DNA from: Patescibacteria group bacterium
GTDB lineage: Bacteria > Patescibacteriota > Patescibacteriia > Buchananbacterales > SURF-54
Direction: 5' to 3'
DNA: 64,000 nucleotides
Assembly: GCA_018818885.1 (NCBI GenBank)
Contig: JAHIRB010000007.1
Coordinates: forward strand, 18,357-82,356
How positions within the stretch are numbered: position 1 is the stretch's first letter; each line of letters opens with the position of its first letter. The position numbers and the translations under genes are program-made. The notes under the pieces were generated by a model. It was given only the letters and a program-made list of their open reading frames with translations, did not search any database and was not told where the DNA came from. Shown in pieces: positions 19,615-28,628 of this stretch.

Positions 19615-20190
19615 TTAGTCAAAAATAAAAATGTTATTAACTAATCTTAGATGTAATGTTTCGATTTCTTTAATCTTACCCAACACCCATACCTCGCTTC
19701 CTCTCTTTGAATTTTTAAAAGTTGGATATTTTTCTAAGTCAACATTCTCACAAATAACTGACAGACCTAAAATAGAACCAGTTTTAGAATGAAAATATAA
19801 AGTAACTTTTTTATTATCGCTAATCGATAAACTTGAAAATTCTAACTTCCAACAAATTTTAATATCCTTAAAACTTTCTCTAATTGATGATTGCTGGAAT
19901 GGCGTTACAGACTCTACCTTCTCTTCAATCTCTTCAGGTGTAGGGCTTAACTGATACCCGCCATCTTCTATCATCTTCTTAACCTTTTGGGATAATTCTT
20001 TCTCAATAGGAATTTTCTCAATTGAGTCGTTGCTTGGAAAACTTTTAGAGACGGGTTTATCTGTGTCTGCATATTTTTTATTTTTTCTGTGTTTAAATAG
20101 CAACACTATCGATGGTAATAAAGTAAATATAATAACAACTCCTACCCCTGAAAAAATCCATTCTTTGTTTTGCCAAATATACTCTAACAT
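19615..20190 (-). CDS. Hypothetical membrane-anchored protein
   Basis: NKEWIFSGVG plus TM helix; start MLEY at 20190. Confidence 0.75.
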   Translation of the reverse strand: MLEYIWQNKEWIFSGVGVVIIFTLLPSIVLLFKHRKNKKYADTDKPVSKSFPSNDSIEKIPIEKELSQKVKKMIEDGGYQLSPTPEEIEEKVESVTPFQQSSIRESFKDIKICWKLEFSSLSISDNKKVTLYFHSKTGSILGLSVICENVDLEKYPTFKNSKRGSEVWVLGKIKEIETLHLRLVNNIFIFD

Positions 20191-20253
20191 AATATTTATC
20201 CACCATGACACCCCGTACAGTCGCTTCGCGACTTACGGGGCATGCTCCTTAAA

Positions 20254-23076
20254 TTATTTGCCGTGGCACTTTTTAAACTTCTTACCACTCCCACATGGAC
20301 AAGCATCATTTCTCCCTACTTTTTGTCCGTTGTAATGGGTCTGTGCGCTGTCTTCTAACTTTGCTTGACGTTTTTCTACATCTTGTTGCATTGCTTGCTG
20401 CTCATCAACTTTCTGATCCCTGATCCCTGATCCCTGATTACTGATTCCCTGCCCCCGTTCCATAGTCTTTGCCGGTGCTACAAACTGCATGCCTGCCCGT
20501 TGGAATATTCCTGGAGTAAACTGCTGTGCTACACCAACTTTGTATATAGAGTAAACTACTTGTTTTTGAATTAAATTCATCAATTCTGTAAATAGCTTAT
20601 ATGCTTCTTTTTTATATTCAACTAAAGGATCGCGCTGGCCATAGCCACGAAGTCCAATCCCAGTACGTAAATAATTTATTGCATCTAAATGTTCTACCCA
20701 CAAATTATCTATAGCTCTCAAATAGATTTGTTTTTCTACTTTTCGTATTGGAATAACTTTTGTTTCTTGGAAGTCAGCTGTGTTCTGCATTGCTTGATTA
20801 ACATTATATTCAAGTTTATCATATTGCTCTTTTGCAATATTTAGTAAATGATTGATTATTTTAGTTCTAGCCTTTACTTCGTCTGGTTTTGACTTTTCCG
20901 ACATGTCTTCCTTTATCTTGTCTAAATCTAAACGAAGGGTTTGATCGACTCTAAAAATTGAATTAGCTACTTCGTAAATTTCTTTAATATCCCAAGATTT
21001 AGGATCATCAGAAGCAGTATGGAAAGAAACCACCGCCTCAATCTCTTGCTCAATTAACTCAATAACTTTATCTCTAATATCGTCTTTCTCTAGCACTTCA
21101 CGCCTTTTCTGATACACTACTTCCCTATGCTTGTTTATAACATCATCGTATTCTACCAAATGTTTTCTGATATCAAAATTATGTCCTTCTACTTTTTTCT
21201 GCGCTGATTCAATTGAACGAGTAATCATTTTGTTTTCAATTGGCATGTCTTCTGGCACTTTTAGAGTTGTCATCATGCTTTTAATTCTATCAGACCCAAA
21301 AATCCGCATTAGTTCATCTTCTAAAGAAAGATAAAATCTAGTACTTCCTGCATCTCCTTGACGGCCAGAACGTCCACGAAGTTGATTATCTATTCTACGC
21401 GACTCATGCCTTTCTGTACCGATGACATGCAAACCACCAGCTTTTTTGACGATATCTTGTGCACCTTCTTCTGGCGGGTTACCACCTAAAACAATATCAA
21501 CTCCCCTACCGGCCATGTTAGTAGCTACTGTAACACCACTCGGTCGACCAGCTTGAGCAATAATGTTTCCTTCTTTTTCGTGTTGTTTGGCGTTTAGAAC
21601 TTGATGTTCTATTCCCGCTCTATTTAACATCTGTGATAAAAATTCGTTTTGCTCAATAGCAACTGTGCCAATAAGTACTGGCTGACCCTTAGTTTGCTTT
21701 TCTTTGATATCCTTAATTAGCGCCTCGTATTTTCCCTTGGCAGTTTTGTAAACAAGGTCGTTTTTGTCATCACGTACCATTGGTTTGTTTGTCGGTATTA
21801 CTGTAACTTCTAAACCATAAATTTTAGAAAATTCTTCTGCTTCTGTTGCAGCAGTACCTGTCATCCCAGAAAGTTTTTTGTATTGCCTAAAATAATTTTG
21901 AAAAGTAATTGTTGCCAATGTTTTTGATTCACGTTGAACTGCCACACCTTCTTTTGCTTCTATTGCTTGGTGCAAACCTTCTGAGTAGCGACGACCTTGC
22001 ATCATTCTACCGGTGAATTCATCTACGATAATTACCTCGCCATCTTTTACCACGTAGTCTTTGTCGCGCTTAAATAATGCATGCGCCTTTAATGCTTGTT
22101 CAATATGATGAACCATAGTAATGCCACCTTCGGTATAAATATTTCCCATGCCCAACATTTTTTCCATTTTTGTTATTCCGTTTTCAGTCAAAGTCGATGC
22201 TCGCATTTTTTCATCAATATTATAATCAACGTCTACTTCTAATTTTTTGACTAGTTCTGCAAACCGAGCATATTGGTCTGTACTTTCTGTATCTGGCGCA
22301 GATATGATAAGCGGAGTTCTGGCTTCGTCGATTAAAATACTATCGATTTCATCAATAATACAATAATGCAAATCTCTTTGAACCATTTGTTCTTTTGTTT
22401 GCACCATGTTGTCACGTAAAAAATCAAAACCATATTCATTGTTTGTGCCATATGTTATATCTGCAACATATGCTTCTTTACGTTCAACTGGGCGTAAAAA
22501 TTCATGTACAATTTTAAACGCACCCGTTTTATCGCGTTCTTTATCTTGTTCTGACCCTTCCTCTTTAGGTGTTTGATATGCTGGGTCATACAAAAAAGCA
22601 GACTCATGTTGAATACAGCCTACTGATATACCTAAAGAATAAAAAACTTGTCCCATCCAGACGCTATCTCTAGCAGCTAAATAATCATTGACAGTGATAA
22701 GATGTACACCCTTGCCTTCTAGAGCGTTTAGATATGCTGCTGTAGTAGAAGCTAAAGTTTTTCCTTCTCCGGTTCTCATTTCTGCAATTATGCCGCGATG
22801 CAAAGTTATACCACCCATCAGCTGTACGTCGAAGTGTCGCTGTTTTAGTGTTCTTTTGGCAGCTTCTCTAACGCATGCGAAAGCATCCGGCAAAATTTCG
22901 TCAAGTGACTTTCCGTCTTTAAGTTGGGATTTAAAAACCGATGTCTGATTTTTAAATTCATCTTCAGACATCTTTTGATATTTTGGTTCTAATTTATTTA
23001 TCTCGTCGACTTTGTCTTGTAGTTCCTTAAGAACTTTGACATTTGGATCTCCGAGAATTTTTGTGAGGATGGACAT
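20254..23076 (-). CDS. secA: Preprotein translocase SecA
   Basis: MRTGEGKT, DEIDSILIDEARTP, QLRGRSGRQGD, SEC-C CPCGSGKKFKKCH. Confidence 0.99.
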   Translation of the reverse strand: MSILTKILGDPNVKVLKELQDKVDEINKLEPKYQKMSEDEFKNQTSVFKSQLKDGKSLDEILPDAFACVREAAKRTLKQRHFDVQLMGGITLHRGIIAEMRTGEGKTLASTTAAYLNALEGKGVHLITVNDYLAARDSVWMGQVFYSLGISVGCIQHESAFLYDPAYQTPKEEGSEQDKERDKTGAFKIVHEFLRPVERKEAYVADITYGTNNEYGFDFLRDNMVQTKEQMVQRDLHYCIIDEIDSILIDEARTPLIISAPDTESTDQYARFAELVKKLEVDVDYNIDEKMRASTLTENGITKMEKMLGMGNIYTEGGITMVHHIEQALKAHALFKRDKDYVVKDGEVIIVDEFTGRMMQGRRYSEGLHQAIEAKEGVAVQRESKTLATITFQNYFRQYKKLSGMTGTAATEAEEFSKIYGLEVTVIPTNKPMVRDDKNDLVYKTAKGKYEALIKDIKEKQTKGQPVLIGTVAIEQNEFLSQMLNRAGIEHQVLNAKQHEKEGNIIAQAGRPSGVTVATNMAGRGVDIVLGGNPPEEGAQDIVKKAGGLHVIGTERHESRRIDNQLRGRSGRQGDAGSTRFYLSLEDELMRIFGSDRIKSMMTTLKVPEDMPIENKMITRSIESAQKKVEGHNFDIRKHLVEYDDVINKHREVVYQKRREVLEKDDIRDKVIELIEQEIEAVVSFHTASDDPKSWDIKEIYEVANSIFRVDQTLRLDLDKIKEDMSEKSKPDEVKARTKIINHLLNIAKEQYDKLEYNVNQAMQNTADFQETKVIPIRKVEKQIYLRAIDNLWVEHLDAINYLRTGIGLRGYGQRDPLVEYKKEAYKLFTELMNLIQKQVVYSIYKVGVAQQFTPGIFQRAGMQFVAPAKTMERGQGISNQGSGIRDQKVDEQQAMQQDVEKRQAKLEDSAQTHYNGQKVGRNDACPCGSGKKFKKCHGK

Positions 23077-23189
23077 AGAATGGTTTGGAGATACTAAGAT
23101 ACTGGATATAAAGATATTGAGAGCAACTTAATATCTAAGTATCTTAATATCAAAATATCTAATAATAAACTGTAACTTAAAAACTATAC

Positions 23190-23215
23190 CAAAAAAACTT
23201 GCATAAAGCAAGGAT
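23190..23215. repeat. 26-bp direct repeat, copy 1; overlaps predicted secA promoter -35
   Basis: CAAAAAAACTTGCATAAAGCAAGGAT; minus strand TTGCTT-17nt-TATAGT. Confidence 0.8.
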
Positions 23216-23360
23216 TGACAAAAATTATTAAACGTGATAGAAGTAATGCATTAAACCTTTCAAAGCACAGCTGTGCTACTACTTAGTACCTACTTAGATA
23301 CTGTGATCTAACTAGCGAAAGGTGGTTTTGCCCTAGTGAACGGGCGAAAGGAGATTTAAA

Positions 23361-24041
23361 ATGTCTAAATCACCAAACTGGGGTCAAGGCACTCAACTCG
23401 AGAAACTTGGATTTCACCACGCTGAAATTCAAGAAATCATTGACAATCATCGAGCAGTTCATGAGTTACTAGCCAGTATTCGTGAAAAGAAAAGACGCTC
23501 AACTTTTCAGCGTATTATGTATGCCACAGGAATTATTGACCCAACAGGTTTTTTGAACAAAGCACTCACTCACAAAGAACTTCTGATCGGATTTCCTTCG
23601 GTTAATGGGAGAATTATTGACCTTCTGTTGAAAATTGAAATAAATGTCTCCCTGCACATCCTCAATCTTAATATTGTGCTACCAAACAAAGAGTCTGACG
23701 ACGAAGTACAATCCGCAATAAAAAAGATGAACTGGACATCGATAAAATCAAAAAAACTTGGTTCTTTAGAGGCGATGGAAGAAAATATCGATAGCACTCA
23801 CAAAGAATGCCGGCGTACAAATATTTGGGCAGCAATATCTATGGCAATATTGCATCCTGAATCTTTCAGGCAAGGTGAAATTTTGGTGTTTAGCCAGTTT
23901 CGATATAAATCTGCTTCACCACTACACAACCTTGTTGTTCCGATCTTAAGACTTAAACGCGGACAAATCTATATCGATGCTGCTGACTATTGCGACCCAA
24001 TAAGGGAAGGAAACTTTCACTCACTCAGATTGTATGGCTAA
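23361..24041 (+). CDS. Orphan hypothetical protein
   Basis: 226 aa, TTGACA promoter, AAGGAG SD, own terminator. Confidence 0.7.
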   Translation: MSKSPNWGQGTQLEKLGFHHAEIQEIIDNHRAVHELLASIREKKRRSTFQRIMYATGIIDPTGFLNKALTHKELLIGFPSVNGRIIDLLLKIEINVSLHILNLNIVLPNKESDDEVQSAIKKMNWTSIKSKKLGSLEAMEENIDSTHKECRRTNIWAAISMAILHPESFRQGEILVFSQFRYKSASPLHNLVVPILRLKRGQIYIDAADYCDPIREGNFHSLRLYG

Positions 24042-24055
24042 AAACATACGTTTTA

Positions 24056-24097
24056 AAAACCCCCGCGTTGATGCGTTCAGCGCGGGTTCTTTTTTTT
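24056..24097 (+). terminator. Intrinsic terminator
   Basis: CCCGCGTTGA/TCAGCGCGGG stem plus T tract. Confidence 0.75.
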
Positions 24098-24101
24098 GCA
24101 G

Positions 24102-24127
24102 CAAAAAAACTTGCATTAAGCAAGGAT
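24102..24127. repeat. 26-bp direct repeat, copy 2
   Basis: One mismatch to 23190-23215. Confidence 0.8.
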
Positions 24128-24163
24128 CTAATTGATATATCGTCTATAAAAATTTTCTTATTC

Positions 24164-24463
24164 TCACCTATGTGTTTCTTTATATTTAACTAGTATAGTT
24201 TTCAGATGATCTTTAACTTTATCGATTGCCTTATAAATATTTTTTGTAGTTTTTTCTACTCTTATTAATTTTCCCGGCACATCTAAATTAACTTCTGCTC
24301 TGTATAACTCTCCTTTTTTATGATGACGTGTTGTATACTCAACTTCAACGTCTGCTTCAATAATGCCATTATAGTATTTCATCAAAGATAATATTTTTTC
24401 TTCAATATATTGTTTCAGCTCAGGAGTAAGATTTATTTTTGTTGCTTTAATTTTTATTTTCAT
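24164..24463 (-). CDS. hpf: Ribosome hibernation factor HPF/RaiA
   Basis: LTPELKQYIEEK, AEVNLDVPGK, IYKAID. Confidence 0.9.
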   Translation of the reverse strand: MKIKIKATKINLTPELKQYIEEKILSLMKYYNGIIEADVEVEYTTRHHKKGELYRAEVNLDVPGKLIRVEKTTKNIYKAIDKVKDHLKTILVKYKETHR

Positions 24464-24567
24464 ATTTTTTGTTAAATAATTATTTATATATTACTATCAT
24501 TATCTCTGATACCTTGCACCTGATTACTGATTACTAGTCACTGATTACTCACTACTTAACTTCCCTA

Positions 24568-25530
24568 TCAAAACCCAACCATTTGTATTTCTTCGTGCAA
24601 TTGAATACCAACTTTGCTTCTCACTTTCTGCTTGATCATACTTATCAGCATGACAATATCTGTGGCTTTAGCATTATTAATATTGACTATAAAATTACAA
24701 TGTTTTTCTGATACTTGTGCTCCCCCGACAATTTTCCCTTTAAATCCAAGGTGTTCAATAATATAACCAGCTGGAAAATCCCCCAACTTCATTAGATTAT
24801 TGTATTCGCTTTCGGAAATATCCAAACCTTTCATCATTTTTTCTTTATCAATTTCTTCTGGGGGAATATTTTTAAATATTGAACCAGGATTTGGTTCTAT
24901 TGGAATGCGTTGAGTACGTTTTAACATTGTTTCTCTAGCTGTTTTTTGAATTTCTTCTGCATCACCTTTTTCTAATTTTAGTTTTACTGAAAGTATTACT
25001 CCCCCATTTTGTTTGAACGCACTATCTCGATAGCCAAAATTGCAATCCTTATTTTTGATTTTTTGTATTTTTCCGCTTTTATAAACTTTTACTTCCTCAA
25101 CAAGATTTGAAATACTATGGCCATATGCTCCGGCATTTCCCCTAACCGCACCTCCAATTGTACCATAAATTCCCACCATCCATTCCATTCCAGAAAGTCC
25201 TTGCTTAGCAGTCTCGTTGACTAACTTATTAAAATTGACACCGGCCTCAGCTTCAACTATTTGGCCTTGTGTCCTGCACGTTGTACCCTGCACCTTAACT
25301 ACTACTCCTTCAAAACCAGTGTCCGAAATCAATACATTGCTACCACCAGCTAAAAGAAAAAATGGTACTTCTAGTTCTTGTACAATCTTAACCACTTCTA
25401 GTAATTCTTTGCTACTATTGACTTCTACAAAATACTTTGCCTTACCGCCAATTTTGTATGTGTTAAATTCTTTCAAGCTGATATTTTGCTTTAAACTATC
25501 ACCTAATTTTTCTTTTAATAGTTTACTCAT
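24568..25530 (-). CDS. murB: UDP-N-acetylmuramate dehydrogenase
   Basis: GGSNVL, GNAGAYG, YRDS, GSIFKN, HCNF. Confidence 0.95.
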   Translation of the reverse strand: MSKLLKEKLGDSLKQNISLKEFNTYKIGGKAKYFVEVNSSKELLEVVKIVQELEVPFFLLAGGSNVLISDTGFEGVVVKVQGTTCRTQGQIVEAEAGVNFNKLVNETAKQGLSGMEWMVGIYGTIGGAVRGNAGAYGHSISNLVEEVKVYKSGKIQKIKNKDCNFGYRDSAFKQNGGVILSVKLKLEKGDAEEIQKTARETMLKRTQRIPIEPNPGSIFKNIPPEEIDKEKMMKGLDISESEYNNLMKLGDFPAGYIIEHLGFKGKIVGGAQVSEKHCNFIVNINNAKATDIVMLISMIKQKVRSKVGIQLHEEIQMVGF

Positions 25531-25539
25531 ATATTCTTA

Positions 25540-25599
25540 GGGTAGGTTGGCCTTTAGGCCGACCTACTAACTACGGGCAGCCTAAAGGCAGCCCTACCC
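25540..25599. repeat. GTAG-type REP doublet
   Basis: GGGTAGG..GCCTTTAGGC / GCCTAAAGGC..CCTACCC inverted pair. Confidence 0.75.
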
Positions 25600-25602
25600 A
25601 AT

Positions 25603-27015
25603 CTAGAAATTAGAAATTATTTTATATACATCACCTGCTCCCATAACTGCGACGACTTCTCCAGCGCAGGCTTCTTTGGTTAAATATTCTGAAATGTTTT
25701 TTAGACTACCCTTATATTTAATGTTTAGATGATGATTAGATGCCAGTTTAGCTATGTCTTTAGAAGTTATACCTTTTGCTTTTTCTCTGGCAGAAGCAAA
25801 AATATCTGCTAAGATAACTTCGTTACAATCTACAAAACAAGTAGCAAATTCTTTTTTAAATGCTTTTGTTCTGCTCACCATGTGCGGTTGGAACACGCAT
25901 CTAACATATTTTTTTGGAAATTTTTGTCTAATTGCCTGTAGTGTTGCCCTAACTTCTGTTGGATGATGAGCATAGTCGTCAATAAACTGTATTCCTTTTT
26001 TATTCGCTATTGTCATTCTGCGTTCTACTCCCTTAAAATCAACCAAGACTTTTGCAATTCTAGCCTTACTTATTTTATTTATGTCACACACAATTATACA
26101 AGCCAAGGCATTCAAAACATTATGATCACCTGCTAGCCTAGTTTTAAATCGACCATAATATTTTTTATTTTTTTTGATTTTAAATTCAGTTAAATTTTTT
26201 ACATATTTGATATCGTATGCTTGCCAATTAGCATTTGAATTTAATCCATAGGTAATAATATTTTTCTTATTTTTGATAATTTTATTTATTGATGGCCAGT
26301 CCGAACAAGCAATTACTTTACCTTTATTTTTGAAAGTTTGATTGATCAGTTTTAAAAAAGTATTTTCGATTGATTTTAAATTCTTATAAACATCTACGTG
26401 TTCCCATTCCAAACTTGTGATGATTGTTAATTTTGATTTAAGATCTAAAAATTTTGCTATGTTTAGTTTTAAACTTTTAACGTATTCATCCCCTTCTACA
26501 ATAAAATGTTTGCCATCTTGCCATTGTCCGTTAGCTGGTAATCCATAGGCTTTCGATGAACCAAATAGATAACTTGGCTTTAACCCTAATGATTTAAACA
26601 TAAATGCGAGACATGACGTAGTGGTGGTTTTTCCGTGAACTCCCGTAATTGCAATTGTATTTTTTAGCTGACTAACGTAACCTCGCAATTCTGATTCTAG
26701 AACAGTTTTAAGCTTCTTTGTCCTGAGTTTATCGAAGGATTGTTTTTCGACAAAATCGTATTCTGGATTATTATTACTAAACGAAGTTCCTACCACAACT
26801 AAATCTGGGTTGAATTCACTGATATTCTTAGCACTAAAATTCTGAAAAATTTTGATTTTATTTTTAATTAACACTGGATCAGTAATAAATTTTTCTGAAA
26901 CATCAGAACCTGCAACATCATATCCCATTTGTTTAAAAATAATAGCTAAGCCTGACATGGCCACGCCCTTAATGCCTAAAAAGTATATTTTTTTTGCACT
27001 TTTACTAAGTTGCAT
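25603..27015 (-). CDS. murC: UDP-N-acetylmuramate-alanine ligase
   Basis: GIKGVAMSGLA, GVHGKTTT, EGDEY, DDYAHHPTE, FQPH. Confidence 0.95.
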   Translation of the reverse strand: MQLSKSAKKIYFLGIKGVAMSGLAIIFKQMGYDVAGSDVSEKFITDPVLIKNKIKIFQNFSAKNISEFNPDLVVVGTSFSNNNPEYDFVEKQSFDKLRTKKLKTVLESELRGYVSQLKNTIAITGVHGKTTTTSCLAFMFKSLGLKPSYLFGSSKAYGLPANGQWQDGKHFIVEGDEYVKSLKLNIAKFLDLKSKLTIITSLEWEHVDVYKNLKSIENTFLKLINQTFKNKGKVIACSDWPSINKIIKNKKNIITYGLNSNANWQAYDIKYVKNLTEFKIKKNKKYYGRFKTRLAGDHNVLNALACIIVCDINKISKARIAKVLVDFKGVERRMTIANKKGIQFIDDYAHHPTEVRATLQAIRQKFPKKYVRCVFQPHMVSRTKAFKKEFATCFVDCNEVILADIFASAREKAKGITSKDIAKLASNHHLNIKYKGSLKNISEYLTKEACAGEVVAVMGAGDVYKIISNF

Positions 27016-28072
27016 CTTTTACTATTTGAATGATTTGATTTGCTAAATTATTTTCTTGATCTACAATGTTTAATTTTTCAATATTTCTAGAAAGATTTTC
27101 TAGTTGTGATTTGTCTACAATAATATTAGAAATGAATTCACTAAAATCTTCTGGGGTTAAATCGTTTTGTTTTAGATATATTGCAGCGTTATTTTTTGAA
27201 AATTCCAAAGCATTATCTTCTTGATGGCTATTAGGAATTGGTATTAAGGCAACCGCTTTTTTTAATGCAGCGCATTCTGTTAAAACTGACATGCTGGCAC
27301 GGCACACCACTAAATCTGCTGCGGCTAAGACATCTTTAAACTCGTCAGTTAAAAATTCCAACTGCAGATAATTATTAAAAAATATCTTTTCGCCTTTTCC
27401 CTTGCCAGTGATGTGTATTACTTGGGCATTTTTTGCAATTTGTTCTACAGATTCAAATACTAGATCGTTAATTGCTTTAGACCCTGTACCTCCACCTAAA
27501 ATTAAAATGATTGCTATATCGCTTTGTAATTTGAATTGTGCTATGGCTTTTTCTTTTGAGCCTTCATAAATTTCACTTCTAGCAGGATTTCCTGTTTGAA
27601 CTACTTTGGATGGGTTAAAATTATTTTTTGAATTTTCAAACGTAACCGTAATTTTTTTAGCAAAAGAAGAAATTATTTTATTTGCCAAACTCGGTCTAAC
27701 ATCTTGTTGATGAATTAGTACTGAAATTTTAAAAAATTTGCCTGCCCAAGAAAGCGGTACTGCTACATACGCAGCAGAAGATACAATTATATCTGGTTTA
27801 AACTTTTTGATAATAATTAAAGATTGGATAAACCCAATCAAAATTCTTGCAGGATCTAAAAAATTTTGCCAAGAAAAATAACGCCGCAGCTTGCCACTTT
27901 GGATTGCTTTAAACTCCAAACCATAACTTTTAATAAATTGTATTTCGGGGCCACTCTTTGTTCCTACCCATAAAAAATCCGCGCTAGGATAATCCCTTTT
28001 TATGGTTTGATAAACTGCAATCAAAGGGCTAACAGAACCAAAAGTTCCACCCCCAGATAATAATATCTTCAT
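27005..28072 (-). CDS. murG: MurG GlcNAc transferase
   Basis: SGGGT.G, GKLRRY, HQQD, TGNP, HQEDNA. Confidence 0.94.
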   Translation of the reverse strand: MKILLSGGGTFGSVSPLIAVYQTIKRDYPSADFLWVGTKSGPEIQFIKSYGLEFKAIQSGKLRRYFSWQNFLDPARILIGFIQSLIIIKKFKPDIIVSSAAYVAVPLSWAGKFFKISVLIHQQDVRPSLANKIISSFAKKITVTFENSKNNFNPSKVVQTGNPARSEIYEGSKEKAIAQFKLQSDIAIILILGGGTGSKAINDLVFESVEQIAKNAQVIHITGKGKGEKIFFNNYLQLEFLTDEFKDVLAAADLVVCRASMSVLTECAALKKAVALIPIPNSHQEDNALEFSKNNAAIYLKQNDLTPEDFSEFISNIIVDKSQLENLSRNIEKLNIVDQENNLANQIIQIVKDAT

Positions 28073-28073
28073 A

Positions 28074-28215
28074 CCCGGTAGTAGAATTTCAAACGGTTAT
28101 TTTATTTAAATATATATATTATTGTATTGATTATTAAATAATTGTTAATCTTTTGAACAACTCGACATAAAACGCTCAAAATATTATCAAAATTATTTGA
28201 AATTTCACTACCGGG
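28074..28215. mobile_element. Start-codon-inserted hairpin MITE-like element (type B, 142 bp)
   Basis: Terminal IRs CCCGGTAGT-NN-AATTTCAAA; TCATA/TATGA on both sides. Confidence 0.85.
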
Positions 28216-28220
28216 TCATA

Positions 28221-28619
28221 TCAAAATCCAAATTTCATACCATCTTCAATTTGGTGTCCATATTCATCCATTAAAATTATATTTTCCACCCTTCCTTCAA
28301 GATAAGATTGGCACTGATTTTCTGCTTCTGAATCAACATCTTCTAATGGATTGTGCACAATATCAATTGCCCAGTTTGGCACAATTTCTTCTGCTAAACA
28401 TGGTCTTTTTTCTAGATCAAAACCGCTGATTAACTTTTCATCTAACATCTTTCTTCCTTCTCTGATTGCGTTTGCTTTATTACTTTTAAAGTCATCCAAT
28501 TTTTCTTCACTACTTGCTATAATCTTATCCATGCTTTCTCTAACAATTTTGACGTTTTTGTAATACGCCACTCCGATAACAATTGCTATTATGATTGTAA
28601 GAAGCAACAATTTTTTCAT
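28221..28619 (-). CDS. Hypothetical exported protein
   Basis: N-terminal hydrophobic helix; PCL..W..DI.H.P..NQC. Confidence 0.75.
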   Translation of the reverse strand: MKKLLLLTIIIAIVIGVAYYKNVKIVRESMDKIIASSEEKLDDFKSNKANAIREGRKMLDEKLISGFDLEKRPCLAEEIVPNWAIDIVHNPLEDVDSEAENQCQSYLEGRVENIILMDEYGHQIEDGMKFGF

Positions 28620-28628
28620 ATATTTAAA

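Larger units (their letters stand above)
18141..20253 (-). other. Gene array delimited by copies of the secA 3' end
   Basis: Five degenerate TTTAAGAAGTGTCATGG...TAA copies at gene boundaries. Confidence 0.8.

Noticed and set aside
18141-20253. Classical integron interpretation of the secA array
   Set aside because: No integrase and no attC-like palindromes; the boundaries are coding-derived direct repeats.
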